A stretch of 63,012 nt of DNA, the filler included, from Intoshia linei (Eukaryota > Animalia > Orthonectida), in NCBI GenBank assembly GCA_001642005.1. It is 10 parts of 10 records of this genome, joined end to end, with 100 filler letters (N's around TTAATTAATTAA, not from the genome) between each part and the next. Parts side by side here need not be neighbours in the genome. Positions count along the whole stretch, not along the records: positions 61,037 to 63,012 come from LWCA01002446.1; 9 more parts are not named here. The stretch is one strand, 5' to 3'. The notes under the pieces are model-generated. The model searched no databases. It had not been told where the DNA came from and worked only from the letters and a program-made list of their open reading frames with translations. A program made the position numbers and the translations under genes. Position 1 is the stretch's first letter. Each line of letters opens with the position of its first letter. Below are positions 62,585 to 63,012 of the stretch, piece after piece.

Positions 62585-62955
62585 CATGGGTTCTTAACCT
62601 GGGTGCCAAACTAGTTTTTGGGGGTGCCAGAAATATTTTTGAAAGAAAATCATTTTACAGCTATATTTTTTGAAATTACATTAAGATTCGAAAATAAAGT
62701 TAAATTCATTTGTATCCATAGGTATAAAAGTGTGTTAGTTCAGTTAAATTCAATGTATCCACACATTATTATATCATAATACAATGCAATTATACTAATT
62801 TGTTCTTATTAATTATTTGTCTTATGAATAGAAGATGGAACTAGACAAATCGAAGTATATAATTTTTTTGTTACTATGGTTTTAATATTAAAAAAAATGA
62901 AATTAAGTTTATTAAATTTTTGGAGTGTCAAATGGAAAAAGGTTAAAAACCCATG
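62585..62955. mobile_element. Buster-type hAT MITE (371 bp)
   Basis: CATGGGTTCTTAACCT ... AGGTTAAAAACCCATG; perfect 8-bp TSD CATTAGAA. Confidence 0.9.
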
Positions 62956-63012
62956 CATTAGAATGTCTAATTTATAAGTTTATACTAATTAGAAAAAAAC
63001 TTTTAGTGTATT

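Overview
AT-rich, intron-containing animal genomic DNA. It consists of 10 contigs joined by nine artificial 100-nt linkers (44 N + TTAATTAATTAA + 44 N). A ciliary dynein gene, several 37-39-nt introns, extreme AT content and fast-evolving proteins suggest a compact parasitic invertebrate genome; an orthonectid such as Intoshia is my unverified guess. Recognisable host genes: exocyst EXOC3/Sec6 (5' part), an SLC7 amino-acid transporter (5' part), an SLC25 mitochondrial carrier (5' part), a complete divergent 14-3-3, dynein intermediate chain DNAI2 (5' part) and a DPF/d4-type double-PHD gene (3' part). Orphan genes: two divergently oriented, intronless, paralogous ~9-TM membrane proteins, a 347-aa putatively myristoylated protein, and a 109-aa secreted 6-Cys protein. 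The rest is dense decayed transposon sequence: more than 12 pieces of one non-autonomous Helitron family, hAT elements (Buster/Charlie, hATm, CGGBP1-like), Tc1, mariner, pogo/Tigger, a P-like THAP element, piggyBac-like and Kolobok-like MITEs, and Gypsy relics with very short LTRs. Most notable: (1) the unrecognised ~9-TM paralogue pair; (2) a 160-bp TG...CA inverted-repeat element with a 5-bp TSD built around tRNA-like sequence; (3) a candidate intronic H/ACA-like RNA; (4) a stranded PPIP5K exon copy; (5) three-level TE nesting. All calls come from reading by eye; no searches were run.
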